A stretch of 64,000 bases of DNA from NCBI GenBank assembly GCA_963707955.1, contig OY970176.1:1504001-1568000 (forward strand). The letters run 5' to 3'. Origin of the DNA: Candidatus Bathyarchaeota archaeon. GTDB taxonomy: Archaea; Thermoproteota; Bathyarchaeia; Bathyarchaeales; Bathycorpusculaceae. The notes beneath the pieces are model-generated. The model was not told the origin of the DNA. It saw only the letters and a program-made list of their open reading frames with translations, and made no database searches. The position numbers were made by a program, and so were the translations under genes. Shown in pieces: positions 1 to 10,682 of this stretch; position 1 is the first letter of the stretch; each line of letters opens with the position of its first letter.

Positions 1-4
1 GGAC

Positions 5-769
5 ATGAGAATCTCCAGGTTCGTCGAAAAACCGGCGCCTAAGGACGCTCCCTCAGACCTCGCCAACACGGGTCTGTACATGGTTTCTCCTGAGATAAGG
101 AAAATATTCAAGGAGAAAGGGGTCAAGCAGTTAATCAAGGAGACGCATCGTCTCGACTTTGGCTACGACTTTATCCCCTACCTGATCAGCACCGGGCGGC
201 CAGTTTACGGTTACACACTGGAAGGAAACTGGTACGACGTTGGCACTCCCAAACGCTACCTCGAAGCGATGAAGGACATGCTTGACGGAAAGTTTGCTTC
301 GCTAACCGACTTCGGCGGAAGACTAAGCGAGGAGAAGAGGATATGGGTTCAGGGGGAAAGCGTCGAATCGATGAGAAGAAGGCAGGAAATAATCAAGAAG
401 ATCAAAAAGGGCAAGATCGAGGTTGAAGGCTCTGTCCTCATAGGCAGACACTGCAAGATCAACAACGGCGTCAGAATAGTGAATTCGTGCATCGACAACT
501 ACACACAGATAGGCAAAGACGTTGAGATAGAGGACTCTGCAGTCATGGACCGAGTCATAATCGGGGACAAGACGACTATAAAGGACAGCATCGTGGGGCG
601 GCATGTGACAGTTTCTTCAAGCCCTCGAAAACCGACAAAGATACAATCTGTCTCCGTCATAGCTGACGACGTAATAGTTGACCAGGGTTGCACATTGACT
701 GCAACGAAGATCTACCCGCACCAATACGTCAGAGGGCAATTCGAAAACCAAACGTTGATGACAGGCTGA
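5..769 (+). CDS. NDP-sugar pyrophosphorylase (mannose-1-P guanylyltransferase-like), probably 5'-truncated by the window edge
   Basis: FVEKP, ANTGLY and WYDVGTP motifs followed by a hexapeptide-repeat (LbH) C-terminus. Confidence 0.85.
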   Translation: MRISRFVEKPAPKDAPSDLANTGLYMVSPEIRKIFKEKGVKQLIKETHRLDFGYDFIPYLISTGRPVYGYTLEGNWYDVGTPKRYLEAMKDMLDGKFASLTDFGGRLSEEKRIWVQGESVESMRRRQEIIKKIKKGKIEVEGSVLIGRHCKINNGVRIVNSCIDNYTQIGKDVEIEDSAVMDRVIIGDKTTIKDSIVGRHVTVSSSPRKPTKIQSVSVIADDVIVDQGCTLTATKIYPHQYVRGQFENQTLMTG

Positions 770-874
770 AAACCGCGCTTCCTAAACATTCTACGAAATA
801 ACGCTTGAAAACCGTTCAAAAGCAGCGGCAGCTCTATTTATTGGAAATTGCCTGTAGAATTATAGGACCGAAGA

Positions 875-1345
875 ATGAACTTTGACCTATCAGAGATCAG
901 AAAGAAGACGATTTCCGTAGGTCAGTATATCGATAGCATGGAGCAGCCGTTTAAGGAGAAGTTCTTAAAGAGAAAACAAGCGTACGAGCTGCAGCCAGAA
1001 GTAGTTGATCAACTGAGAAACTCGGCGGAAAAGTACGTTGCCATCGTCTTTTCAGCCGCATGGTGCAAGGACTGCGCGGAAAACATCCCTGTATTATCCT
1101 TATTATCCGAAGCCACAGGATTGGAAGTCAGAGTGTTCGGAGGGCTAATGAAAGATCCGCTCAGCCAGGTTTGTAAGTGGAGGATTCCACCTTCTCCACC
1201 TGAAGTCATAACGTTTGAAGTTGACAAGATTCCTCTGATGATAATAGTTGACCTTTGTGGTAGGGAAATAGGCAGAGTAGTTGAGTCTCCTAAGAGATGG
1301 CCCACTCTAGAACAGGAGCTTTACGAAATCATCAAATCCCACTAA
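875..1345 (+). CDS. Thioredoxin-family protein
   Basis: AAWCKDC CxxC motif; KIP cis-Pro region; EIGR. Confidence 0.8.
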   Translation: MNFDLSEIRKKTISVGQYIDSMEQPFKEKFLKRKQAYELQPEVVDQLRNSAEKYVAIVFSAAWCKDCAENIPVLSLLSEATGLEVRVFGGLMKDPLSQVCKWRIPPSPPEVITFEVDKIPLMIIVDLCGREIGRVVESPKRWPTLEQELYEIIKSH

Positions 1346-1693
1346 ACTTCGCTTCTCGCAACACAGCGGGATGCATAACGCTCGAATTCTTGGCACATAC
1401 TGGGGAAAAATCTTGTTTCCTATTTCATCCTTGCCTTGCATCATGTTAAGCTCAGCTCGCTGAAGGTGCGAGTCAATTCACTTACAAATCATCTTTGTCC
1501 ATTTGGAAATGCTCTCTTAATTCTACGTGCATACTACCCATAAGAAATAAGGACGCGCGGGAGAAATCACCACATGTCGTATGATAGTGCACGTTGCTTG
1601 GTTTCTCAACCAGATTTTGACTCGTGCATTTTTGTTACCGGAACGTCAGCTTAGCTTGCCTGTTGTTTTTAACGGTTTTATAGGATGGCTTTT

Positions 1694-2011
1694 TTACATT
1701 TCCGATTTGACGGTTATTGTTTCATTCAAATCGACTTGGTTCTTTTCCCTAATACAACCACAGGGTCTATAAATCAATAATAGTTCCTCGCATTCTCTGC
1801 CTTTAGCCTTGCCCAATTCTGTGCACCCTCTACTTTTTGCCTCATTATCCGGCACTGTGCACTCTCTTACTTTGGCTTCTTCCAATCTTAGCAATGTATT
1901 GTCGTTTTTTGCAATATACTTTTTAACTTTAACCTCGCCAATTTTCTTCTCTACTTGTTGCACAGCAAATTGCCTCCTGTAAGCACGGGCTAACTTAACC
2001 TTCGGGTACAC
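1694..2011 (-). CDS. Hypothetical Lys/Cys-rich protein with three AKxRxC repeats
   Basis: 105-aa ORF in an AT-rich gap; no recognisable family. Confidence 0.35.
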   Translation of the reverse strand: MYPKVKLARAYRRQFAVQQVEKKIGEVKVKKYIAKNDNTLLRLEEAKVRECTVPDNEAKSRGCTELGKAKGRECEELLLIYRPCGCIREKNQVDLNETITVKSEM

Positions 2012-2174
2012 TACACTATGCTCTTAAGTATGATGATTAGAGAATAAATCGTTTTTCATGTTTTTTATTCTGCTTGCTTGCCTCAGCGGAAAAATTTTTA
2101 CGTAAACTTGCGCGCGCGTCAATTCCATAGCAGAGTCACCTTAGCAAATGTGTTCTATTAAGAAAAATTGGTTC

Positions 2175-2732
2175 TTACGCTTTGAACCATTTGAATATCA
2201 AGTATCTTGTCTTTGCTTTCTCTGAGTCGGGAACTGCGATTATGAACCTTTTTCTGACGGTGGTCGCGAGTCTTCCGGCCTTGACTATTTCAGTGGCTGT
2301 CATCTCGGATTTGGCTTTTTTGACTGAGACCATGTAGGGGGCGTGTTCGACTCCTGGGCCGTGTTTGTAAACGGCGAAGTCGCAGCCAAACTTTATGCCT
2401 GGTGTGACGATTAGCTCGCTGTCTCTTAGGTCGCGGTAGACGGTGTATTTGTCGTCAAACTCTTCGTACAGTCGCTTGGCCACCTGGCGGAGCTTTCTTG
2501 GGCCTACTTTGACTTTTTTAGGGCCTTCGTACACCGTTATGATGCCTTCTTCAACCAGGTAGAGGCCTTCCATCAGGTCCAGAATGAGTGGAACGTTGAA
2601 TTCTGGGATCTTGGGTTTGGCGATTCCGAGGGGTTTGCCGTAGAACCCTTTCCTGTAGAGTTCTGAGCCGTCTGTGGGGTTCCAAACTACTAAGAAGTTC
2701 TCAATCAGTTCTACGCTTATTTTCTTGGGCAT
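2175..2732 (-). CDS. endA: tRNA-splicing endonuclease, catalytic subunit
   Basis: GIKFGCDFAVY...HAPY...RK catalytic Y/H/K residues; YGKPLGIAKPK resembles the crenarchaeal-specific loop. Confidence 0.92.
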   Translation of the reverse strand: MPKKISVELIENFLVVWNPTDGSELYRKGFYGKPLGIAKPKIPEFNVPLILDLMEGLYLVEEGIITVYEGPKKVKVGPRKLRQVAKRLYEEFDDKYTVYRDLRDSELIVTPGIKFGCDFAVYKHGPGVEHAPYMVSVKKAKSEMTATEIVKAGRLATTVRKRFIIAVPDSEKAKTRYLIFKWFKA

Positions 2733-2746
2733 CAGCTTGTTCGCCT

Positions 2747-3406
2747 TTACATCATGAAGGAAAGGATTCGCACAGCGTCAGCCGCATCTTCTGCTTTGTC
2801 TGCAGAATCCTCAAGAAGCTGCAGTACGTCTCTTAACAGTATTAAGGCCGGGAAGTCCATTTTGCTGCTGAGGAGTCGTATCTCGAGTTCGCGGTAGATC
2901 TCATCGACCTTGCGTTCGGCGACCTCAACGTCGTTGGCTTTCTCCATCGTTTTGCTTGGACCGTAGTTTAGAACCATCACTGTTTCTTTGAGCTTCACAA
3001 CTGCCTCCAAAACGGCTTCTGAGAGCGTCAGCAGTTCCTTCTTTATGTCCGTGGGGACCTTCCAGTTATGGTTCGTGATTTCGTTCAGTCGGAAGGCTAT
3101 GCCCTCGGAGAAATCTGCGATTTCGCTCGTTAGGTTCGTGAACCTCAAGAAATCTTCTCTGCTGAATAGGATGGCTCCTATTTCAGCCAGCTCCTGTGAG
3201 ACGAGTCTTCTAGCCTTGTCAACGTCGTCTTCGCCGCTTCTAATTTCGCTGAAAAGTTGTCTTGCTCCGTCCTTGTCGTTCTTGTTGAAACAGTCTATCA
3301 TCTGGGGAACCTTTCTGGTAACGTCTACGACTTTGCGCAGATGGTCTTGACAGACGTTGAGCGCTCTGCGTTTTACTCTTTCTTCGGTTTCTGCTGGAAG
3401 GACCAA
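2747..3406 (-). CDS. DUF47 / PhoU-like protein
   Basis: Two helical repeats (EDDVD..RR, ERKVDEIYR, ADKAEDAAD); probable TTG start at 3406. Confidence 0.8.
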   Translation of the reverse strand: MVLPAETEERVKRRALNVCQDHLRKVVDVTRKVPQMIDCFNKNDKDGARQLFSEIRSGEDDVDKARRLVSQELAEIGAILFSREDFLRFTNLTSEIADFSEGIAFRLNEITNHNWKVPTDIKKELLTLSEAVLEAVVKLKETVMVLNYGPSKTMEKANDVEVAERKVDEIYRELEIRLLSSKMDFPALILLRDVLQLLEDSADKAEDAADAVRILSFMM

Positions 3407-3490
3407 GTTTTTTCCCGCCCGCAAAATAGGGCACTTTCTTCTAACCTTAGATGTGCTGAAGTCTTAAAATAGTTAGCGAAACAAGAGTTT

Positions 3491-5245
3491 TCAAACAGGT
3501 TTGCCTAGCTGCTCAAATTCGATCATTCCCCTGAAATATTCGTGCAGAAACGTTTTCAGGTCCGAAATACATGTTCTAACCTGTTTCCACGAGTCACGGT
3601 CGCGGATCGTAACAGCGTCATCGCTCAGCGTGTCGTAATCCACTGTGATGCCCAGTTGCGCTCCAACTTCGTCTGCGCGGGCGTATCGTCTACCAATAGA
3701 GCCTGCCTCATCATACTCCGCTATAAAGCCTTCATCAATCAGCATCTTCTGCACTTCCAAAGCCTTCTGGGGCAGTTTGTCCTTGCTTATGAGAGGGTAG
3801 ACCCCGACCTGAATAGGCGCAATGTCACGCGGGAAACTCAGCATCGCCCTGCCATCCTTCACCCGATAAGCGTACTCAAGAGCTACGTACAGAAACCTGT
3901 CTGAGCCAAAACTAGGCTCAACGACGTGAGGAATGAAATGTCTTCCACGCTCTACGGTTTTTTCGCGTTGAACGTCGACGTGTTCGGGCAGGATCTTGTA
4001 TTTTCCAAGCATGCAGTGACCGTTCTTCTTCAAGGATGCTTCGAGCTTTTGTGGATCGACTTTTGACAGCTCTTCCGCAACTCTTGCAGCTTCTCCTTTG
4101 AAACTTGGCCCAAGTTTAGCCATGATGGGTTTTAATGTAAGGCGTTCCCTCTCAACTGGCTTTTCGTATTCCTTGAAAACCTGCATGTCCTGACCGCTGT
4201 GCTCCATGTGACTTCTGAGGTCGTAGTCCGTTCTGTCAGCGTGCCCAGAGACTTCAACCCAGCCCCATCGTTCAACCAGAACCTGCTGGTCGAAGGTTTG
4301 GCGCGCATAATGGGCTTTTTCCCACGGCAGCTTTTCGATGAACCTTTGTTTCTCCGCTGGAACACCAAGCTCGACCAAGAGTCTCTTGGCATATGCCATG
4401 AAGGTTGCATGCCATTCCGACTTGATAATTCCTCTTTTCACGACATCTCCCACCGTGGCTTCTGTGATGTCTTCTGAACCTTTCTGTCTTGTCTCTGCTA
4501 AAAGAATCCGAAGCTTTTCGTCTTCAACATCTTTCAAGAGATAACAGTTGGGTTCTTCAGGGTCGAAGAAAAATTCCAAGTCTGCTATAGTGAATTCTCT
4601 CACCCTTATCAGGCCCTGTCTGGGTGAGATTTCGTTTCTCAAAGCGTGCCCAATCTGGAGGACGCCGAATGGAAGCTTTTCTCGTGCCATTCCGTACAGG
4701 CGATTGAATTCTACAAAGATGCCCTGCGCGGTTTCCGGTCTTCCGTAACCCACAGCTTTTGAATATGGGCCTATGGTGGTTTTGAACATCGTTAGGAAAG
4801 TCTCTGATTTGCCGAAGACGCCGCCGCAGTCTGGACACTTAATCTTGTTCTTCTTGATCGCTTCGTCGATCTCGGTTAAACTTAGTTTTTCAGCATCTGT
4901 CTCAGTCATCTTCGCAGATTCCTCGAGCAAGTGGTCTGCGCGGAATCTTTTGCCACATTTTGTGCATTCGACGAGGGGTTCTTTGAAGTGGGTAATGTGG
5001 CCTGAGGCTTCGAAAACCTCTGCTGGAGCGATCACAGGTGATTCGATCTCCAAGACTCCGAGTTTGTTCACGAAAAGCTCTCGCAGTTTCTTCTCGATGT
5101 TTTGTTTCAGCCTTGTACCTAATGGACCGTAGGTTACGAAACCGCTTACGCCGCCGTAGATCTCGTATGATTGCCAGAAGAAGCCGCGCCGCCGTGCAAG
5201 TTCGTTAATGATCGTGAACTTGTCTGGGTTTTTTTCATCTTTCAT
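3491..5245 (-). CDS. glyS: Glycine--tRNA ligase (alpha2 type)
   Basis: RRGFFW..YEIYGG, RPETAQGIF, RNEISPRQGLIRVREFT, PHVVEPSFG, GSIGRRYARADE. Confidence 0.97.
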   Translation of the reverse strand: MKDEKNPDKFTIINELARRRGFFWQSYEIYGGVSGFVTYGPLGTRLKQNIEKKLRELFVNKLGVLEIESPVIAPAEVFEASGHITHFKEPLVECTKCGKRFRADHLLEESAKMTETDAEKLSLTEIDEAIKKNKIKCPDCGGVFGKSETFLTMFKTTIGPYSKAVGYGRPETAQGIFVEFNRLYGMAREKLPFGVLQIGHALRNEISPRQGLIRVREFTIADLEFFFDPEEPNCYLLKDVEDEKLRILLAETRQKGSEDITEATVGDVVKRGIIKSEWHATFMAYAKRLLVELGVPAEKQRFIEKLPWEKAHYARQTFDQQVLVERWGWVEVSGHADRTDYDLRSHMEHSGQDMQVFKEYEKPVERERLTLKPIMAKLGPSFKGEAARVAEELSKVDPQKLEASLKKNGHCMLGKYKILPEHVDVQREKTVERGRHFIPHVVEPSFGSDRFLYVALEYAYRVKDGRAMLSFPRDIAPIQVGVYPLISKDKLPQKALEVQKMLIDEGFIAEYDEAGSIGRRYARADEVGAQLGITVDYDTLSDDAVTIRDRDSWKQVRTCISDLKTFLHEYFRGMIEFEQLGKPV

Positions 5246-5364
5246 TTCATCAGCCTCCTTTAGAGTAAACATCTCAGAAACTTTAACCTTACTAACCTGC
5301 ATATTCTAGAAAACGGGAATTGTGGGGGCAAAACTTAACTTCGCTGATGACGTGAAAAAGACGA

Positions 5365-6420
5365 TTGGTGAATCACGTGCCTGCAGAGGTTAAGCTTCTC
5401 GAAAAATTATCAAATGCCTTCGGGCCTTCTGGAAACGAGGAAGATGTGGCTGAGATTCTGAAGAAAGAGCTCAAAGGATACGCTGATGAAACCCATATCG
5501 ATAAGCTTGGAAACGCACTTTTCTACCACCACGGAAAAAAGGGCTATCCTAAGATCATGCTTTCAGCTCACATGGACGAGGTCGGCTTCATAGTCACGTT
5601 CATTGAGGAAAACGGCTTTCTACGCTTTGACATACTCGGAGGCATAACCAACAACATCATGCCTGGACAGAGGATACTCTTCAGGGGAGACAAAGGCTAC
5701 CTTAAGGGAATCGTAGGGACTAAGCCTCCTCACATCATGACGCCTGAAGAACAGAACAAGATAGTACCCAAAGAAGATCTTTTCATCGACATAGGCGCTG
5801 AGAGTCTTTCTCAGGCGCAGGGAAAGGGCGCAGAAGTTGGAACCTTGGGCGTCTTCGACGTAGAGTTCACAGACTTGGGAGATGGATACTTCAGGGGCAA
5901 GGCGCTTGATGACAGAGCTGGGTGCACCGTCCTTGCAGAAGTGTTCAAGTCTTTGAAAGACTCCCCTTACAACGTTGTTGCTGTGGGATCGGTCCAGGAA
6001 GAACTAGGGATAAGAGGGGCAAGAACTGCGGCTTGGCAGGTGGACCCTGACTATGGGCTCGCTCTGGAGGGGACCTTCGTGGCAGACGTTCCGGGCACTA
6101 GACCAGATAGAGTTTCATCGAAGATCAAGGGCGGCCCTGTTGTAACAATAATGGACAGATCAGTCTTCACGCATCCTCATGTTCTCAAGACATTGATCAA
6201 GGCCGCAAAGCAGAAGTCAATACCCTTCCAGTTCAAGAAGGTGCCGGTGGGCGGAACAGATGCGGGTGCGATCCATCTCACGCGGGCAGGTGTGCCGAGC
6301 GGAACCGTGGCCGTGCCCTGCAGGTATATTCATGGACCTGCCTCAATCATCCACGCTGACGATCTGCGGAACACCATAAGACTGGTAACAGAGTTTGTGA
6401 AAACAATATCCGTAAGATAA
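5365..6420 (+). CDS. M42 family (TET-like) aminopeptidase
   Basis: SAHMDEVG, KALDDRAG, VQEELG, GGTDAG, RYIH metal-binding motifs. Confidence 0.93.
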   Translation: MVNHVPAEVKLLEKLSNAFGPSGNEEDVAEILKKELKGYADETHIDKLGNALFYHHGKKGYPKIMLSAHMDEVGFIVTFIEENGFLRFDILGGITNNIMPGQRILFRGDKGYLKGIVGTKPPHIMTPEEQNKIVPKEDLFIDIGAESLSQAQGKGAEVGTLGVFDVEFTDLGDGYFRGKALDDRAGCTVLAEVFKSLKDSPYNVVAVGSVQEELGIRGARTAAWQVDPDYGLALEGTFVADVPGTRPDRVSSKIKGGPVVTIMDRSVFTHPHVLKTLIKAAKQKSIPFQFKKVPVGGTDAGAIHLTRAGVPSGTVAVPCRYIHGPASIIHADDLRNTIRLVTEFVKTISVR

Positions 6421-6522
6421 GCCGGTGGAGTTTCTAGATAGAACATCTGCAATATGCGGAAGGGATAGCGTAGGCTTTTTTAAGAAAGTCCATATAAAAG
6501 CTTTCCAGTAAGGTGCTAGGGT

Positions 6523-7584
6523 TTGTCAAAGATAAGAGTGGCCATAGTCGGCGTCGGCAACTGCGCGTCAGCCTTGATGCAAGGGTTGCAATACTACGGC
6601 AACTGCGTCAAAGAGGCAGAATGTATTGGCTTGCGAAACGCTGTTTTGGGCGGTTTTCGCCCGAATGATGTTGAAATCGTTGCCGCTTTCGACATTAACG
6701 ACCGAAAAGTCGGGAAAGACCTGTCTGAGGCTGTTTTTGCTCAGCCTAACAATGTTCCGAAGCTGGCTGATGTGCCACCTTCTAACGTCATCGTCCACAA
6801 AGGGCCAGTTATGGACGGTGTGGGGGAGTACACGAGACGTGTTGTTCAGGTGAGCGGCCACGATGACGCGAACGTTGCATTGGTTCTAAAGGAAAGTGAA
6901 GCAGAAATCGTGCTGAACTTGCTTCCGTCTGGCGCGGTGAAGGCTTCTCAATGGTATGCTGAGCAATCACTGTTATCGAGTTGCGCGTTGGTTAACGTGA
7001 CGCCCAATTTCATCGCTAGCGATGCTGCATGGGCTGAGAGGTTTGAAACGGTTGGGCTTCCACTAGTGGGTGATGACCTGGTGGACCAAGTGGGCGCGAC
7101 CACTCTGCACAAGACTTTGCTCAACCTTCTTTCGATGAACGGCGTCCGAATCACCCAAACGTACCAGCTTGACGTCGGCGGAGGCACGGAATCTTTGGAC
7201 ACGTTGGAGCGAACAAAAGATGTCAAACGCGTTGTCAAGACAAAGTCTGTTGAGGCTGCATTGTCTTACTCCGCGGCGGTTGTAGCCGGGTCCACAGACT
7301 ACGTTGACTTCCTGCAGAACAAGCGAGACAGCTACTTTTGGATCAAGGGGTTGTACTTCTGCAACGTGCCAATGCAGATGGATTTGAAGCTCTCAACGGT
7401 CGACGCGCCGAACGCCGGCTCGGTCCTGCTGGACGTGATAAGAGCTGTCAAGGTGGCCGAAGAAAGAAAACTGAAAGGCTCAATACTGCCAATCTGTGCG
7501 TACGCCTTCAAGCATCCGCCTCAACTCTTGTCCCTTGAAGCTGCCGAGAAGTTGTTTGCCGACTTCATTACGGGCGAGGCCTGA
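6523..7584 (+). CDS. ino1: Myo-inositol-1-phosphate synthase
   Basis: IRVAIVGVGNCASAL, AAFDI..RKVGKDLSEA, GDD, FKHPP. Confidence 0.88.
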   Translation: MSKIRVAIVGVGNCASALMQGLQYYGNCVKEAECIGLRNAVLGGFRPNDVEIVAAFDINDRKVGKDLSEAVFAQPNNVPKLADVPPSNVIVHKGPVMDGVGEYTRRVVQVSGHDDANVALVLKESEAEIVLNLLPSGAVKASQWYAEQSLLSSCALVNVTPNFIASDAAWAERFETVGLPLVGDDLVDQVGATTLHKTLLNLLSMNGVRITQTYQLDVGGGTESLDTLERTKDVKRVVKTKSVEAALSYSAAVVAGSTDYVDFLQNKRDSYFWIKGLYFCNVPMQMDLKLSTVDAPNAGSVLLDVIRAVKVAEERKLKGSILPICAYAFKHPPQLLSLEAAEKLFADFITGEA

Positions 7585-7596
7585 GAGACAAAACCC

Positions 7597-8745
7597 TCAC
7601 TTTTTCGCAAGCTTCTGTAGTTCCTGAAGGATCTTCTCCTTGACTCCAGTTTTCTTCAACCTTTCTTTCAGCGATATTATCGTTCTAACAGGCGTCGGGT
7701 CTATGCCGCGTAGCACAGCAAGGTACACGCTTGTGAAGTCTCCGACGCATATGACAGACGACATTCTGGCCAGGTTGCTCTTGCCGCTGCTCCACACTTC
7801 GAACAGTTTAACTGCTTCCTTGCCGATTATTTCCTTGGTGACTTCAATTCTCTGCCTTATCTCCTTCGGCTCCTCAGCGTCGCGGATGAAGATTATGGAA
7901 AAGAGCTTTGCGAATTCCCTCGCTGCCTCCCAGCCTACGATCTCGTTGTGGTTGAGTTCTGGAAAAGATTCCCACTTCGCCGGGTTCTTGCTGTTTTCAT
8001 TGAACTGTGTCTTGAGGCGTTGGGCAACAGCTCGGTAGAATCCAAAACCGTAAACTGTCGGAACCGTTCCGTTGACGTTTGACGCCAGCCTCTTAGACAA
8101 GTTGCCGCTCAACGGTCTTTCAGGAGAATTCTCTGAGCTGATCCGATTCAGCACTCTCACAGTCTCAGAGAACTCAGCGTTCACGCTTGGTGCTAGCCCC
8201 ATTTTCTCCAAGATCCCGAGTAAAGGCATAAACAGGTACGGTAGAGTTGCGCGTGGAGCCATTCCGCTGGGTACAAGCAGATGAGGGATGCTGAGTCTTT
8301 CGGCGAACTCTATCAGTACTCCACCTGAGCTTATGCAGATTATCATGCATTTCCTCTTCAAAGCTTCCAGAAACACGCTTAAGGTCTCTTCAGTTTCTCC
8401 TGAGTAGCTCGTGGCAAACACCAGCGTGTTCTTGTTCGCATAAGCAGGCAAATGATACTCTCTGCACACGTCAACCGGTACGGCCAATCTGTCTCGAGCC
8501 CAGTCTTTCAGAAGCTCTCCGCCGATGGCTGATCCGCCCATGCCGGCCACGATTATTGCTTCAGGTTTCGGATAGCCGATTTTGAATTGACTAACTAGTC
8601 TAGCAGCGTTTCCATAGTGCTTGGGCGCTTCAACGCAGAAAGAGAGCATGTTACTCTTGTCAATTTGCTTAATTTCATCCACACTATCCAAAACCGTTAG
8701 CTTTGGCAACTGCTCACTACCGCTCTGATACGCCGTCAAGACCAT
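7597..8745 (-). CDS. Bifunctional phosphoglucose/phosphomannose isomerase
   Basis: GMGGSAIGG, SYSGETEET, QFNENSK, PELNHNEI; true start may be slightly downstream. Confidence 0.92.
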   Translation of the reverse strand: MVLTAYQSGSEQLPKLTVLDSVDEIKQIDKSNMLSFCVEAPKHYGNAARLVSQFKIGYPKPEAIIVAGMGGSAIGGELLKDWARDRLAVPVDVCREYHLPAYANKNTLVFATSYSGETEETLSVFLEALKRKCMIICISSGGVLIEFAERLSIPHLLVPSGMAPRATLPYLFMPLLGILEKMGLAPSVNAEFSETVRVLNRISSENSPERPLSGNLSKRLASNVNGTVPTVYGFGFYRAVAQRLKTQFNENSKNPAKWESFPELNHNEIVGWEAAREFAKLFSIIFIRDAEEPKEIRQRIEVTKEIIGKEAVKLFEVWSSGKSNLARMSSVICVGDFTSVYLAVLRGIDPTPVRTIISLKERLKKTGVKEKILQELQKLAKK

Positions 8746-8823
8746 ATCACACGTTCAGCTTTTAAACCAAATGCACAATAACACCCTTTCAATGCGCATG
8801 GCCAGTGGAGAGCTTGGCTGAAC

Positions 8824-9678
8824 ATGAAAAAGCTGTCTATAGCTATCCCCGCTTCGGTTGTCTCGGACACTCCGCATCTGCGTGAGAAGACGTCCAAGAT
8901 AGGTCTCATTGGAAGAGCAGCCGCCATTTTCAGAGTGAATGAAATCATAATCTATCCCGATTGTCTGGGAGTCGATCAGAGGAACGACGTGGACTTGGTT
9001 GCGACTTTGCTCGCTTACATGGAGACGCCGCAGTATCTTCGGAAAACGTTGTTCAAGCTTAAGCCAATTCTCCAGTATGCGGGAATACTCCCGCCGTTGC
9101 GCACCTTGCATCATCCACTTAACCGCAGAAGCAAGAATCTGAAGGTCGGCGAATACCGGGAAGGAGCAGCCCTGTCCAAAACAAGAGAAGGCACCCTCGT
9201 AGACATCGGTGTTGAGTCGCCTGTGCTGGTGATGACCTCGCAGCTGGCTGCTGGTAGACGCGTCACGGTGAGAATTGTGAAGACTGGCAAACCTTTGAAG
9301 GCTGAACTGGTGAATCGTGATGAGGTGCCAACTTATTGGGGGTACTCGGTCACCGTGGAAAAACATTTCTTTGGGGAAATTGTCAAGAGCCGAAGCTTCG
9401 ACTTGACGATAGCCACGTCGAAGTACGGTTTGCCGTTTGCTCAGGTTGCAGCGCAGATCGTTGAAGAATGGGTCCGAGCGAGCAGCGTTCTCTTGGCTTT
9501 CGGTGCTCCAGCTGTGGGGTTGAATGAGATAGTTGCACGTCAAGGGCTTCGTTTAAAAGACATCGTCGATTTTGTGGTTAACGCTATTCCATCGCAGGGA
9601 ACTGAAACCGTAAGGACCGAGGAAGCACTCATTGCTTCTTTGGCAGTTTTCAACATTGCTTTAGCAGCTAGGATGTGA
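8824..9678 (+). CDS. SPOUT RNA methyltransferase (MTH1/DUF171 family)
   Basis: IGRAAAIFRV.EI, Y.ETPQYLRK, PSQGTETVRTEEA. Confidence 0.88.
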   Translation: MKKLSIAIPASVVSDTPHLREKTSKIGLIGRAAAIFRVNEIIIYPDCLGVDQRNDVDLVATLLAYMETPQYLRKTLFKLKPILQYAGILPPLRTLHHPLNRRSKNLKVGEYREGAALSKTREGTLVDIGVESPVLVMTSQLAAGRRVTVRIVKTGKPLKAELVNRDEVPTYWGYSVTVEKHFFGEIVKSRSFDLTIATSKYGLPFAQVAAQIVEEWVRASSVLLAFGAPAVGLNEIVARQGLRLKDIVDFVVNAIPSQGTETVRTEEALIASLAVFNIALAARM

Positions 9679-9764
9679 CTTCAAAACAGCTCCAAACTGA
9701 CTGCGGCAGAAAAGCGGGTTGCTGGGACAAAGGGATAAATGTTCGTTCTCCTAATGTTGGGTGC

Positions 9765-10622
9765 ATGTATTTCGACATCGCAATGCCTTTGACACTCTTC
9801 GCGGTTACCCTTGTGTCATTGTTTATGAATCCGAAGACTGAGGGCAAACTGAAAGAGAATCTGCAGGAGAGACCGATGGGTGTTAGAGACGCAGCTTTGC
9901 TGGTCGGTTTGATGACCGTTATGATTTTCCTGATCGTCTTCGTCAGAGACATCAATTATGTCTTGATGGCGTTGTATCTGTTCGCTTATTCAATGCTTCT
10001 TTTCACTTTTACGTACCTCTTTTCAAAGAGTCATTGGTACTTGGGCATTTTGCCTCCGGCCGGCTTCATTCTCTTATACGTTGTTTTTGGCGTTCTTCTA
10101 GACGATCCATTGTGGACCTATTATTTAGCTAACATTTTTGGCTTGATCTTTGCGGTGCTCATAACGCTTTATTTGGCGGGTCTGTTCACATGGAGAACCA
10201 CGGCAATTTTTGGCGTTCTACTAACCGGCATGGACGTGATTCTGGTCTTGGTCACGCGAACTATGGTCGAAGCTGCCAAGGTTGCTCTAAGTCTTAAACT
10301 TCCTATTTTGGTTTCGCTTCCGTTGATTCCACCGGCGTCAGCGTTGGGGTCGACGATAAGCTTGGGTTTGGGCGACTTCTTCTTCGCCGGTCTGTTGGGC
10401 ATACAGACGTTGAAGAAATACGGTAAACGATTCGCAATCGTGTGTGCCGGGGCTATGACCACTTCTTTCTTTATTTTCGAAGTAGCCTTGCTGAACTATT
10501 GGCGAATCCCGTTTGCTGGCACGTTGATGATAATTTGCGGATGGGCGCCTCTGGTGATTTGGAAACAGTTGAGTGTGAGAAAATATCGTGTGTTAGAGCA
10601 AGTAACTCCCGTTTTGAAGTAA
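9765..10622 (+). CDS. Presenilin/signal-peptide-peptidase-like GxGD intramembrane protease
   Basis: Multiple TM segments; TGMDVILV and LGLGDFF carry the two catalytic Asp residues. Confidence 0.75.
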   Translation: MYFDIAMPLTLFAVTLVSLFMNPKTEGKLKENLQERPMGVRDAALLVGLMTVMIFLIVFVRDINYVLMALYLFAYSMLLFTFTYLFSKSHWYLGILPPAGFILLYVVFGVLLDDPLWTYYLANIFGLIFAVLITLYLAGLFTWRTTAIFGVLLTGMDVILVLVTRTMVEAAKVALSLKLPILVSLPLIPPASALGSTISLGLGDFFFAGLLGIQTLKKYGKRFAIVCAGAMTTSFFIFEVALLNYWRIPFAGTLMIICGWAPLVIWKQLSVRKYRVLEQVTPVLK

Positions 10623-10682
10623 GAAACCAGTGTTTAGATCTGCGGTTTCAGACAACAATGTTGGAAAGTTAGGAGGATGTGC

